Positions 45,681 to 55,451 of a stretch of 64,000 nt of DNA are shown here, one piece after another. Location of the stretch: the NCBI GenBank assembly GCA_964474705.1, contig CAYYUI010000002.1, positions 5 through 64,004 of the forward strand, given 5' to 3'. The DNA comes from an uncultured bacterium (GTDB lineage: Bacteria; Muiribacteriota; Ozemobacteria; Ozemobacterales; Ozemobacteraceae). Both the position numbers and the translations under genes were made by a program. Each line of letters starts with the position of its first letter. Within the stretch, counting starts at the first letter, position 1. Under the pieces are notes generated by a model. The model searched no databases and had not been told where the DNA came from. It worked only from the letters and a program-made list of their open reading frames with translations.

Positions 45681-47891
45681 GTGTTCAATATTGCGCGGAA
45701 TAATGTTATAAATACAGGCGTGGAAAATGAATGCATAACCGTCACCATCGACCGGGTAACCTTCTGCAATGAGCAGACAGGCTATTACGTGCTGCGTGCA
45801 TCCGGTCGTCAGCATCCGCAGGGGGTGACGGTGGTGGGCAATTTCGGTTACATACAACCAGGCGAAGAAATTCGGGTATATGGCACCTGGGCCTGCCACC
45901 CAAACTTCGGCATGCAGTTTCAGGCGATGAAATTCACGGTTCTCAAACCAGCAACGCTTAAAGGCATCGAAAAATATCTGGGTTCGGGTATGATCAAGGG
46001 TATTGGCCCGGTTACCGCCCGGCGTCTCGTTGAAACATTTGGAATCGATACGCTCGAGGTGATTGAAAGCAATCCTGAACGACTTGCGGAATGCCCGGGA
46101 ATCGGACCGGGAAAAGCTGAAAAAATCGCCAGTGGCTGGTTTTTGCAGCGTTCGATTCAGGATATCATGATTTTTCTGCAGGGACATGGCATTTCGCCTG
46201 CATATGCCACCAGAATCTATCGCAAATACGACCGGGAAGCGGTGCGAAAAATTTCTGAGAATCCCTATATTCTTGCACACGAAGTCCCGGGTATGGGTTT
46301 TAAAAAGGCTGACAGCATAGCTGCCGAGTTCGGAATCACCGGAAACGATCCGCGTCGGGTCAAGGCCGGCATTCTTTTTCTCATGAGCAGCATTACCAAA
46401 GACGGGCATCTGTTTCTTCGCGGGGAGGAAATGTCGAGGATGGCGGCCGAAATGCTCGCAACCGGCGAACCTGGCGATGTCGCTTCTGCCCTTGAGGCTC
46501 TTACCCGCGAGAAGAAGCTGCTGGTTAGAGAATACCGGCAGCAGCATCTGTTTTATCTGCCATCCAGTTACCGGGCTGAAGAGGGAAGCGCGACCCTTGT
46601 CAAAGCGCTGGCCGGGCGTACCCGTGAAATTCCGAGGGAAAAACTCCTTGTCGTTCTGGAAAAGGCTCTGGCAAACCAGGGCATGCAGCTGAGCGAAGTG
46701 CAGCAGGTGGCGGTCGAGACCTCTCTCAAAAAGGGCTTTTTGATTATAACCGGCGGCCCGGGAACAGGAAAAACAACGACTCTCAAGGCGGTAGTCAGCG
46801 CACATCGGGCTCTCGGTAATCGCGTTCTGCTGGCGAGTCCCACCGGGCGCGCGGCGAAGCGCCTTGCTGAAGTTTCAGGTTTTCCGGCGCTGACCATTCA
46901 CAGGCTGCTTGAATTTTCGCCCCAGGAGAAAGGTTTCCGACGAAACCGCCAGTTGCCGCTCGATTGCGATACTCTTGTCGTCGACGAAGCGTCGATGGTT
47001 GACATGAATCTCTTTTTCAGTCTGGTACAGGCGGTCCCCGATCAGGCCACTCTTATACTGGTTGGCGATGCCGATCAGTTGCCATCGGTAGGCCCTGGGC
47101 TGGTGTTGAACGAGCTGATAAATTCAGGCGCTGTGCCGGTGGTGACGCTGGATGCTATTTTCAGACAGGCTGAAACCTCGAGTATCGTTAAAAATGCGCA
47201 TCTGATCAACCATGGCCAGATGCCGCAACTGACGGTGCCAGATGGGCACAATCAGTCGGACTGTTATCTGGTAGCGGCTGAAGAGCCTGACAAAGTGATT
47301 TCTCTGCTGAAAAATGTTGTTCAGAAGAGTTTGCCGGCGCGTTTCAATTATGACCCGATCAATGATATTCAGGTGTTGACGCCAATGAACCGAGGCAAAC
47401 TGGGTGCAGCCAGCCTGAATGGCATTCTTCAGGAAATTCTCAACCCGCCGGCACCGGAGCGCAATGAAATTCAGCACCTTGATCGGGTTTTTCGCACCGG
47501 CGACAAGGTCATTCAGCTGCGCAACAACTATGATCTCGAGGTTTTCAATGGTGATATCGGGCTGATTGCAGAAATAATGCCGGAAGACCAGGAGGCAGCG
47601 ATCGATTTTCCCCAGGGGCGGGTGGTTTTTCAGGCGGCTGATTTCGTCGATCTGGCACACGCCTACGCGGTAACGGTTCATAAGTCTCAGGGCAGTGAAT
47701 ACCCGGCGGTAATCATGATCGCCTCCACCCAGCACTATATGATGCTGCAGCGAAATCTCATTTATACCGGTCTGACCAGAGCAAGGCGCACGATGGTGTT
47801 TCTCGGCAGCCGCAAGGCTATAGCCATGGCGGTCAGAAATAACCGCATCAAAATGCGCAACACAGTATTTGCCAGTCTTTTGAGCCAATAG
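45681..47891 (+). CDS. recD2: ATP-dependent RecD-like helicase (RecD2 family, SF1)
   Basis: N-terminal domain ERVTFRNE..GYxVLR-like (DRVTFCNEQTGYYVLRA) and HhH region. Walker A GGPGTGKTTT, Walker B LVVDEASMVD, motifs V/VI (HKSQGSEY...GLTRAR). The real start may be the internal GTG at 45720. Confidence 0.85.
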   Translation: MFNIARNNVINTGVENECITVTIDRVTFCNEQTGYYVLRASGRQHPQGVTVVGNFGYIQPGEEIRVYGTWACHPNFGMQFQAMKFTVLKPATLKGIEKYLGSGMIKGIGPVTARRLVETFGIDTLEVIESNPERLAECPGIGPGKAEKIASGWFLQRSIQDIMIFLQGHGISPAYATRIYRKYDREAVRKISENPYILAHEVPGMGFKKADSIAAEFGITGNDPRRVKAGILFLMSSITKDGHLFLRGEEMSRMAAEMLATGEPGDVASALEALTREKKLLVREYRQQHLFYLPSSYRAEEGSATLVKALAGRTREIPREKLLVVLEKALANQGMQLSEVQQVAVETSLKKGFLIITGGPGTGKTTTLKAVVSAHRALGNRVLLASPTGRAAKRLAEVSGFPALTIHRLLEFSPQEKGFRRNRQLPLDCDTLVVDEASMVDMNLFFSLVQAVPDQATLILVGDADQLPSVGPGLVLNELINSGAVPVVTLDAIFRQAETSSIVKNAHLINHGQMPQLTVPDGHNQSDCYLVAAEEPDKVISLLKNVVQKSLPARFNYDPINDIQVLTPMNRGKLGAASLNGILQEILNPPAPERNEIQHLDRVFRTGDKVIQLRNNYDLEVFNGDIGLIAEIMPEDQEAAIDFPQGRVVFQAADFVDLAHAYAVTVHKSQGSEYPAVIMIASTQHYMMLQRNLIYTGLTRARRTMVFLGSRKAIAMAVRNNRIKMRNTVFASLLSQ

Positions 47892-48029
47892 TCAGTTTTT
47901 TCGGGTTTGTCATGTTGACGTGAAAAAAAATCTTCAGGTGCCTTGACGCTTTGGCAACCCATCATTAAACTTGTAAGTAATTCTGAAGGTACACAACTCT
48001 TCTTTCGACTACTATCAGGGGGTTAGATT

Positions 48030-48914
48030 ATGATAAAGCGCTATGAATTTCGAGTAACACTCTGCATTGTTCTCTCGTTGCTCATGCTGGTAGACTTCAC
48101 GGTATTCAATCCGGCTCCGGCATTCGCTCTTGACAAGAAAAGCGTTCTGATCGGCGCAGGCGTTGGCGCTGCTGCCGGTGCTGGTATCGTTCTTGCCGCA
48201 CCTGCTATTGGTGCAGCTATCGGTGCAGCCGGTGGTATCGCCGGGGTCGGCACTGCAGTCGTCGGTGGCGTCGCCGCAGTTGGCGGTGGTGTAGTCGGCG
48301 CTCTGGCCGCTTTTGGTGGTGCAATAGCCTCTGCTCTTGGCGCAGTGGGTGGCTTCATCGTCGGTATCTTTACCAGCCCGCTGTTCATTCCGGCGTTGAT
48401 TCTGGTAGGTGCTGCAGTAGCCGGTTATTTCCTCTACAAGAGATACAAAGCCAAAAAGAATGCTTCTTCAACAGCCTCTGGCGCTTCTGACGAAGTAATT
48501 CCTTCCTCTGACGAAATCTACGTTACCCCCGGTGACTACGAAATGAGCGGTGGCGTTGTTCCGTCAGGCGACCAGGATGCCGCGATCAGCGTTGGCGACA
48601 CTATCTCGATCGGTGGCGGCGACAGTGTAGTAGTATCCAACGAAGTTCCGGTAACGAACACTACTACTACAACCTCTGCTGAAGCTCCGACCGTCAGCAC
48701 CTCGACTACTACCGAAACAGCCACAACCGGTATCGCAACTTCAAGCGATGCACTCAAAGCCGCTCATGACCGCTATATCTCATGCTACCAGAAGTATACC
48801 ACTCTGGTTACCAACAGTGGCGGTGCCGATCCTGCTGAAATCAAAGCCGCTCTGGCTGAATACCGGGCCGCTTACAATGACTATCAGAATCTGCGCATGT
48901 CTGGCAGCAAATAA
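48030..48914 (+). CDS. glycine-zipper membrane protein with Thr-rich acidic C-terminal region
   Basis: GxxxG/AxxxA-rich hydrophobic core (GAGVGAAAGAGIVLAAPAIGAAIGAAGGIAGVG...). GGGG SD upstream. Confidence 0.5.
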   Translation: MIKRYEFRVTLCIVLSLLMLVDFTVFNPAPAFALDKKSVLIGAGVGAAAGAGIVLAAPAIGAAIGAAGGIAGVGTAVVGGVAAVGGGVVGALAAFGGAIASALGAVGGFIVGIFTSPLFIPALILVGAAVAGYFLYKRYKAKKNASSTASGASDEVIPSSDEIYVTPGDYEMSGGVVPSGDQDAAISVGDTISIGGGDSVVVSNEVPVTNTTTTTSAEAPTVSTSTTTETATTGIATSSDALKAAHDRYISCYQKYTTLVTNSGGADPAEIKAALAEYRAAYNDYQNLRMSGSK

Positions 48915-48937
48915 CCCCCCGAATAACCTATAAAAAA

Positions 48938-48969
48938 ATCACCACCCGAGAGGGTGGTGATTTTTTTTC
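48938..48969. terminator. bidirectional rho-independent terminator between convergent genes
   Basis: AAAAAAA-tcaccaccc-gaga-gggtggtga-TTTTTTTTT is a perfect 9-bp stem flanked by an A tract and a T tract. Confidence 0.65.
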
Positions 48970-48984
48970 TCCGCAGTTATGGTT

Positions 48985-49545
48985 TCAGGACTGATCTGCA
49001 CTTAGCCTGAAAAAGGTGATGACGGTATCGCCGAAAGTGCGTTCATCGAGAAGTCGATAGGCAGGCAGGTTTTCAAGACCGAGCAGATCTTTTTTCTGGC
49101 GCTCGATTATGAACAGGGTTTCTGGTGAGAACATGTCGCAGGCAGGAATATACTTCAACAAGGGCTCGAGCAGCCCCTTGAGGTAAGGAGGGTCGATGAA
49201 AACGATGTCGAATCTCGGCAAATGCATGGTCTGGAGGAATTTGAGGCAATCCATGGTAAAAACTTCACCGCGATCGGCAAGGTTGGTTATTTCAAGGTTT
49301 TCACGAATGGTTCTGGTGCATTCCCGTGAGGCATCGACAAAAGCGGCGTAACTGCCCCCCCGGCTGAGAGCTTCGATACCCAGGTTTCCTGAACCGGCGA
49401 ATAGATCGAGAAAGCGCGCATCGTCTACCATCGCCGCAATGATGTTGAAAGTCGAACCCTTGACTTTGTCCATGGCCGGGCGGGTTTTGCCGCCTCCAGG
49501 CATTTTGAGATGTCTGCCCTTGGCAGAACCGGTAATTATGCGCAT
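48985..49545 (-). CDS. rsmD: 16S rRNA (guanine966-N2)-methyltransferase RsmD
   Basis: MRIITGSAKGRHLKMP...TRPAMDKVKGSTFNII...LDLFAGSGNLGIEALSRGG...IDPPY. The start at 49545 is 2 nt after the recG stop. The track's start at 49614 would overlap recG. Confidence 0.8.
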   Translation of the reverse strand: MRIITGSAKGRHLKMPGGGKTRPAMDKVKGSTFNIIAAMVDDARFLDLFAGSGNLGIEALSRGGSYAAFVDASRECTRTIRENLEITNLADRGEVFTMDCLKFLQTMHLPRFDIVFIDPPYLKGLLEPLLKYIPACDMFSPETLFIIERQKKDLLGLENLPAYRLLDERTFGDTVITFFRLSADQS

Positions 49546-49547
49546 GT

Positions 49548-51644
49548 TCAACCGCCTTCCATGAATGTCCGGTAGCTGTCTCCGAATGATCTGATCATCT
49601 GGCCATAAAACCATTCGCGAATTTCAGCCGGTTCTGAAGTCAGTATCGCGAAGGCGCGGGTGCGCGCGGTCTCGACAAGTTTCTGCGGTATGCGATGCGA
49701 AAAACATGGGTGGGAAAGGCCGCTCTGCCTGGTTCCTACCAGATCGCCCGGACCGCGCATTCTCAGGTCTTCGAGTGACAGTTCGAAGCCGTCATTTGTC
49801 GAAGCCAGAGCGGCCAGTCGCTCATTTTCGGCGGCAACATGCGAAACCAGCAGGCAGGTTGAAGCGTCAGAGCCTCGGCCAACGCGGCCGCGCAGCTGAT
49901 GTAATTGCGAAAGGCCAAAACAGTCGGCGTTCTCAATTATCATCAATGTGGCATTCGGATTGTCGACGCCGACTTCAACTACGGTTGTGGCAATGACTAT
50001 GTCGAGTTCGCCGGCTTTGAAACGCTGCATCGTCTGTTCTTTTTCTTCCCAGGTCTGAGCGCCGGTCAGACAGGCAAAAGTGGCATCGGGCAGGCAATCG
50101 CTGATGCGGTCGGCCGCTTCTTCAACCGACAGCCATTCTTTGTTTTCAGAAACTTCGATCAGCGGACAGACGATATAAATCTGCTTTTTTAGACGCAAAG
50201 CGCTTTCCATTGCCGGCAGCACCTCGGAAAAGCCTGAGCAGACCCTGGTGGTCACGGGCTGCCGCCCGGGAGGCAGCTCGTTGATGACACTGGTGTCCAT
50301 GTCGCCGAAAATTGTCAATGACAGGGTTCTCGGTATCGGAGTCGCAGACAGAAGCAGCTGGTGCGGATTCGTGCCTTTGCGGAACAGCTGCCGGCGATGG
50401 TTGACGCCGAACCTCTGTTGCTCGTCGATGATGCAGAAATCGAGGCGGTTGAACTGCGTCTGATCCTGAAAAAGTGCGTGGGTGCCGAAAACGAATCTGG
50501 CATTGCCGGCGGCGGTCGCGGCATTGGCATCTTTTCGTCCCGCCCCCTTCATGCTGCCGGTGACAATCGTTGCCAGATGAGCGAATTTGGGAAAAAACCG
50601 CGTGAAACTCTGCAGATGCTGCCGTGCCAGTATCTCAGTCGGAGCCATGAAGGCGCATTGTGAGCCGGGAGAAAGCTCCAGCGCAAAATGCAGCATTGCC
50701 AGAAAGGCAACCATGGTTTTGCCTGAGCCGACATCGCCCTGTAGAAGTCTGTTCATGGGAGGGCGGTCAGGGCCCGGCTGCAGATCGAAAATTATTTCGC
50801 CGAGTGCCTGCTTTTGCCCGCCGGTCAGGTCGAATGGCAGCGGGAAAGGTGAATCACATGGCCTGGCATTGCCGGCGTCAGGCAGGGTAAGAAAACCCGT
50901 GAGGTTTTCGCGACGTTTGAGAACGCCCATCTGAAACAGAACCTGATCGAAGAAGGCGAGGGTGTTGCGTGCTTTTTTTAATTCTTCGTCCGATTCAGGG
51001 CGGTGGATGTCTTCGATGGCTTCGGCGATGACGTTGAAAGATGAAGATCTTATTGCTTCAGGAAAAGACGAAGCCCAGTCAACCTGATCAAGAACGCTGT
51101 CAATAAGCTTGCGCAGCGAAAGCGGCGAAATTTTAGCTTCAGAGAGCCGGGCATTCGAAGGATATACCGGGGTCAGCTGCGCCCGGCAGGCAGTCAGCAC
51201 TTCATTATCGACCGGCTCGATTTCGGGGTTGGCAAGAACCGACTGGCCTTTTCCGGTGGTGAAGGTGCCGAAGAGCCAATAGTCACAACCGGTTTTCAAC
51301 TGCTTTACCAGGTAAACCCGATTGAACCATCTTGCCACTATTTTACCCGTTGCATCGGAAAACTCTGCATTGATTACAGTTAACCCGCGTCTGGCATGAT
51401 ATGATTTTACGGATTCAAGCCGGGCTTTGATTAAACTCTGGGCCTGAGGCTGGAGGTCGATAATTTTGACGGCCTGACGGCGGTCCTGGTATCTGACCGG
51501 GTAAATGCGCAGCAGATCGAATACGCTTGTGAAGCCCGCTTTTTCGAGGGTTTCGGATTTTTTCGGCCCGATGCCCTGAATGATGCCGACATGGTCGTCG
51601 AGACGGATCTTTACCGGAACCCGGACTTTTCTGGGGGCAGTCAT
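49548..51644 (-). CDS. recG: ATP-dependent DNA helicase RecG
   Basis: N-terminal wedge domain, helicase motif I GDVGSGKT, DEQQRFG (motif II) and the C-terminal QLRGRVGRG motif VI. Confidence 0.9.
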   Translation of the reverse strand: MTAPRKVRVPVKIRLDDHVGIIQGIGPKKSETLEKAGFTSVFDLLRIYPVRYQDRRQAVKIIDLQPQAQSLIKARLESVKSYHARRGLTVINAEFSDATGKIVARWFNRVYLVKQLKTGCDYWLFGTFTTGKGQSVLANPEIEPVDNEVLTACRAQLTPVYPSNARLSEAKISPLSLRKLIDSVLDQVDWASSFPEAIRSSSFNVIAEAIEDIHRPESDEELKKARNTLAFFDQVLFQMGVLKRRENLTGFLTLPDAGNARPCDSPFPLPFDLTGGQKQALGEIIFDLQPGPDRPPMNRLLQGDVGSGKTMVAFLAMLHFALELSPGSQCAFMAPTEILARQHLQSFTRFFPKFAHLATIVTGSMKGAGRKDANAATAAGNARFVFGTHALFQDQTQFNRLDFCIIDEQQRFGVNHRRQLFRKGTNPHQLLLSATPIPRTLSLTIFGDMDTSVINELPPGRQPVTTRVCSGFSEVLPAMESALRLKKQIYIVCPLIEVSENKEWLSVEEAADRISDCLPDATFACLTGAQTWEEKEQTMQRFKAGELDIVIATTVVEVGVDNPNATLMIIENADCFGLSQLHQLRGRVGRGSDASTCLLVSHVAAENERLAALASTNDGFELSLEDLRMRGPGDLVGTRQSGLSHPCFSHRIPQKLVETARTRAFAILTSEPAEIREWFYGQMIRSFGDSYRTFMEGG

Positions 51645-51657
51645 GTTAAGGAGCTTT

Positions 51658-51843
51658 TCAGTCCTTTGCGAAGTAAAGCTGTTTGAGGATCATGTAGTCC
51701 TGGCACATGTAGGCGAGATCCCAGCCGTTGCGGCCGGCTTCGTCAAGTAATGAACCGAGGCGTTCAAGAAATTCGGGGCCCTGCATTGGTGTGAGATCGA
51801 GGGTTTTATAATTCCAGCGCTGTGGTGATTTTTCAAGCATCAT
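51658..51843 (-). CDS. small DUF4177-like protein
   Basis: 61 aa with W(N)YKTL...LGSLLDEAGRNGWDL, resembling the DUF4177 WEYK...GWEL pattern. This is an inference from a remembered family profile. Confidence 0.4.
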   Translation of the reverse strand: MMLEKSPQRWNYKTLDLTPMQGPEFLERLGSLLDEAGRNGWDLAYMCQDYMILKQLYFAKD

Positions 51844-54220
51844 GATTTTTCTCCTGGCCTGGGTGCTGATCCTGCAGGATCGAGTTCAAATAGAGGTAGC
51901 CTTTGAGCATCTGTCTGAGCGAGGCATCCTGTTGCGGTGACTGAGCGCAGGCACGCAAAGTCAGATCGATGGCACTGAAGCCCTTCTGATGCTGACCGGT
52001 AAGATTGAAGCAGTAAGCAAGCAAAAGGTTGGATTCTACGTCTACCGGCGAAATGTCGACCGCTTTCAGCAGAACTTCAATTGCCTTGTCGTATTGCTTC
52101 AGCTGAATGTGCAGGGTGGCGAGTTTCTGATAGATTACCGGGTTGCGGGGCGAAAGCGCTGCCGCATGGGTGAGCAGTTTAACGCTCTCATTGAACTTGC
52201 CGGCGATCTGGTATATCTGACCGAGAATCAGGTAAGCGCCGAGAATTTTCGGGTAAATGCTCAGAGCTTTGACCAGATGCTTTACTGCGTCTTCATATTT
52301 TCGGCTGTAAAAATAGATGGTGCCGAGATTGAAATGGGCTTTGACCAGATTGGGGTTGATTTTGATCGCTTCGAGATAGAGCTTGGCCGCCTCATTGTTC
52401 TTTTTCTGCAGAAAGCAGAGGTTGGCAAACCCGAGCAGGGCCTTGAGATGCTGCGGGTCTTTCTGATAGATCATCTTGAAGATTTTTTCAGCGGCAGTGA
52501 AATTTTTAGCGGTAATAAAGCGGTTGGCGCTTTCAATTTCCTCATCATAGCTGTTGTCTGGCAGTATCTGGCTGGTGAGGACGACTGGTTTCGGCGCGAC
52601 TTCTTCATCTTCAGGCTGCTGTGTATGGGAATCCTTGCCTGGCGGGGCAGCGGGTGTGTCAGTAATCGGCGTTGCCGGAACGACGATCGAGGCCACCGGA
52701 GCAGCCACACCCCCGTCGGCGGCTATTTGTCGGTTGATGGCATCTGGGTTGCCGATCAATTCAGCGAGCAGGTTGTTGATCTGTTTGAGAAGCACTTCGT
52801 CATGGCTGATTTCTTTGCCGATTTCACCGAGAACGAAGGTTGCCGACTGGATGCGGCGCTTGTCTTCGCTTTTAAACAGTTCGCGGAGGTTGTCGAGAAC
52901 GCTGTATTCGCCCCACACCCAGAGGGTTCTGATCGCAGTACTTTTTACCCGGTTGTCTTCATGCTGCAGCAGATCCGTTAATTTGTTTATCAGCTCCGGG
53001 GCAGGCTTTCTCGATATCCTGACCATAGCATCGATGGTATTTGAAACAACTCTTGGATCTTCGCTGCCGAGGAATGGGCTGATGATGGCAATGACATCGG
53101 CTTTGGCGGTCTGCCCCAGGCAGGAAATGAGGGTTGCCTGCACGATAAAATTTTCTTCGCGCTGCAGTTTTTCTTTAAACATCGGCAGGGCGGCTTCAGG
53201 GGCGCAGCGTGCAATAGCCAGGGCCGCTTCAACCCTGACATCGAAATTCGGGTCGTCGAGCATCGGCTTCAAATGAGGCAGGGCGTCTTTCATTTCGATT
53301 TTACGCAGGGCATTGGTGGCATTGCGTCTGACATCGGGGTCTTCGTCTTTAAGGGCCCGGCCGAGCTCACGTATGAATCGCGAATCTTTAATTTCGCCGA
53401 TGGCGTAGGCGGCTGAGGCCCGATACCACTTGTCGGCGTGTTCCAGCATCTGGCGCAGGGTTTCTGAAACATCGAAGTCACCGTATTTCCAGATTGCCTT
53501 GGCTACATTCGCTCTGACGCGGTTACTGGGGTCTTCGAGATATGGCTGCAGAATGCCCACGATTGAGCCCGATTTGATGGTTTCGATGGCTTCGATGGCA
53601 TTGGCGCGAACACGCGGGTCTTCATCGCGCAGCGCCGCCTGGAAAACCGGCATAAGCTTGTCTGAGGCCATGTTGCCGAGAGCCATAATAATGGAAGCTC
53701 TGATCCTGGCACTTTTCTCCTGGGCAAGAAGCTTTTTCAACAGTGAGATAGCCCGCCAGTTTTTGATTTTGCCGACTGCGATGATGGCGCTGATAATGGC
53801 GTCTTCTTCGAAAAATATCTGGGAAGCATGTTCTTCGAGGGCCTGGGTGCTGGCGCCGACGTTTGCTTCCGAATAGGTGTTGAGAGCTTCCATCAGAATG
53901 TCGAAGGCCTCGGGGTTCTCGAGCATTCCAAGTGCCTGGGCGGCATTGAAGCGTACTTCCTGCTGGGAATCATTGAGAGCGTTTATAAGAAGTCCGATAG
54001 CCTTGTGGTTGTCTATGTTTCCCAGTGCCAGGGCCATGAAATCCTGAATATTGTCACTTTCGTAGGTCTGCAGCAGAAAATCGGTCGCCTTTTCACCTTT
54101 GAATTTTGAGAGGGCAATGGCGGCTTCGCGGCGTTGATCGTAGTCGCCGGCGACAAAATTATGAATAAGCCTGGCAATAAGTGGCTTGATGCTGGTAAGG
54201 ACTACATTGTTGGCGGTCAT
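51833..54220 (-). CDS. HEAT (PBS-lyase-type) repeat plus TPR repeat protein
   Basis: N-terminal 30-aa HEAT-like units (DEDPRVRANAIEAIETI; DPSNRVRANVAKAI; DEDPDVRRNATNAL; DPNFDVRVEAALAI). A Pro/Thr linker precedes C-terminal TPR units. Divergent from the pilT operon. Confidence 0.75.
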   Translation of the reverse strand: MTANNVVLTSIKPLIARLIHNFVAGDYDQRREAAIALSKFKGEKATDFLLQTYESDNIQDFMALALGNIDNHKAIGLLINALNDSQQEVRFNAAQALGMLENPEAFDILMEALNTYSEANVGASTQALEEHASQIFFEEDAIISAIIAVGKIKNWRAISLLKKLLAQEKSARIRASIIMALGNMASDKLMPVFQAALRDEDPRVRANAIEAIETIKSGSIVGILQPYLEDPSNRVRANVAKAIWKYGDFDVSETLRQMLEHADKWYRASAAYAIGEIKDSRFIRELGRALKDEDPDVRRNATNALRKIEMKDALPHLKPMLDDPNFDVRVEAALAIARCAPEAALPMFKEKLQREENFIVQATLISCLGQTAKADVIAIISPFLGSEDPRVVSNTIDAMVRISRKPAPELINKLTDLLQHEDNRVKSTAIRTLWVWGEYSVLDNLRELFKSEDKRRIQSATFVLGEIGKEISHDEVLLKQINNLLAELIGNPDAINRQIAADGGVAAPVASIVVPATPITDTPAAPPGKDSHTQQPEDEEVAPKPVVLTSQILPDNSYDEEIESANRFITAKNFTAAEKIFKMIYQKDPQHLKALLGFANLCFLQKKNNEAAKLYLEAIKINPNLVKAHFNLGTIYFYSRKYEDAVKHLVKALSIYPKILGAYLILGQIYQIAGKFNESVKLLTHAAALSPRNPVIYQKLATLHIQLKQYDKAIEVLLKAVDISPVDVESNLLLAYCFNLTGQHQKGFSAIDLTLRACAQSPQQDASLRQMLKGYLYLNSILQDQHPGQEKNHDA

Positions 54221-54328
54221 CGGTTTTCCCCGGCAAATAAGGCTTCAGCAGAAATTTTAGCAGAAACGCGAACAAATTAGAATACTGCAAACATTAAGAA
54301 AAGTTAAAGCAAATTTTATTTTGTTTGG

Positions 54329-54357
54329 TTGAACAGCGGGGTTTTTGTGCTTATAAT
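54329..54357 (+). promoter_or_regulatory. near-consensus sigma70 promoter TTGAAC-17-TATAAT, positioned for a leaderless pilT transcript
   Basis: TTGAAC at 54329..54334, a 17-nt spacer, then TATAAT at 54352..54357. The predicted TSS at ~54364/54365 coincides with the PilT ATG at 54365. The track's TTG 'start' at 54329 is the -35 box. Confidence 0.5.
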
Positions 54358-54364
54358 GACTGAC

Positions 54365-55438
54365 ATGGCAGACGCAAAAAGCTTGTTCAGATTACTAAAA
54401 CTGACTTTTGATGAGAACGCCTCCGACCTGCACCTGAAAATCGGCAAATCGGCCGCAATCAGGGTCGATGGGCACATTCGTCATCTTGAAGATTTTAAAT
54501 TCAACAAACATGATTTCGACCGGATTATCGAGGTGTTGTTGACCCCTGACCAGCAGGACCAGTTCCGCAAAAACCGCGAAATTGACTTTGCCTATTCCCT
54601 CGAAGGAGTATGCAGATTCAGGGTGAACCTCTACCAGGACCTGAACGGCGCCGGAGCCGTCTTCAGGGTGATTCCATACCGGGTTATGGAATTCGACGAA
54701 ATCGGCCTGCCCTTCGCCGCGCGTCGGCTGATCGAGCAACCCAATGGCCTGATTCTCATCACCGGGCCGACCGGGGCCGGCAAAACGTCGACGATGGCCA
54801 GTTATCTGAGCTATGTCAATCGCAATGCCCGTCGCCATGTGGTGACGCTCGAAGACCCGATCGAATATCAGTTCGAAGATGGCAACAGTTTCTTCAACCA
54901 GCGTCAGGTCGGCATCGACTGTTTGAGTTTTTATGACGGTCTGCTGACTGTTCTCCGCCAGGACCCCGACATAATCGTCGTCGGTGAAATGCGCGAACCT
55001 GAAACGATTTCTCTGACACTTAACGCCGCCGAAACCGGGAAACTGGTCATCGCGACTCTGCATACCAGCTCGGCGGTCAGTACCGCTGAGCGCATTGTCA
55101 ACGTTTTTCCCGAGGCCAGGCATCATCAGATTTTTCTGCAGCTGTCGATGGTGCTGCGCGGAGTCGTTTCACAGACGTTGCTGCCAAAAGTCGAAGGCGG
55201 CCGGGTCGCGGCTTTCGAAATACTGCTGAATACTTCGGCGGTTCGGTCTCTGATTGCCGACGGCAAGATTCACATGTTGCCGTCTTATCTTGAAACCGGA
55301 ACCGAATTCGGCATGACCACCATGGAAATGTCACTGGCACAGCTGGTTAAAGACCGGGTTGTCAGAAAAGAAGATGCATATTCGGTGGCGCCTAATCCGG
55401 CGGCACTGCGCAAGATCCTCAACGAACCGCCAGTCTGA
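54365..55438 (+). CDS. pilT: type IV pilus retraction ATPase PilT (canonical motifs)
   Basis: N-terminal ASDLHL...IRVDG domain. Walker A GPTGAGKTST, Asp box LEDPIEY, Walker B DPDIIVVGEMRE, His box IATLHTSSA. Confidence 0.85.
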   Translation: MADAKSLFRLLKLTFDENASDLHLKIGKSAAIRVDGHIRHLEDFKFNKHDFDRIIEVLLTPDQQDQFRKNREIDFAYSLEGVCRFRVNLYQDLNGAGAVFRVIPYRVMEFDEIGLPFAARRLIEQPNGLILITGPTGAGKTSTMASYLSYVNRNARRHVVTLEDPIEYQFEDGNSFFNQRQVGIDCLSFYDGLLTVLRQDPDIIVVGEMREPETISLTLNAAETGKLVIATLHTSSAVSTAERIVNVFPEARHHQIFLQLSMVLRGVVSQTLLPKVEGGRVAAFEILLNTSAVRSLIADGKIHMLPSYLETGTEFGMTTMEMSLAQLVKDRVVRKEDAYSVAPNPAALRKILNEPPV

Positions 55439-55451
55439 CGGGGTAACCAGC

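Noticed and set aside
45645-46805. 386-aa reverse-strand ORF inside recD2
   Set aside because: Antisense shadow of a gene with complete SF1 helicase motifs.
54329-54364. TTG start at 54329 for pilT given by the ORF track
   Set aside because: These bases form the -35/-10 promoter elements. The homologous PilT N-terminus begins at the ATG at 54365.
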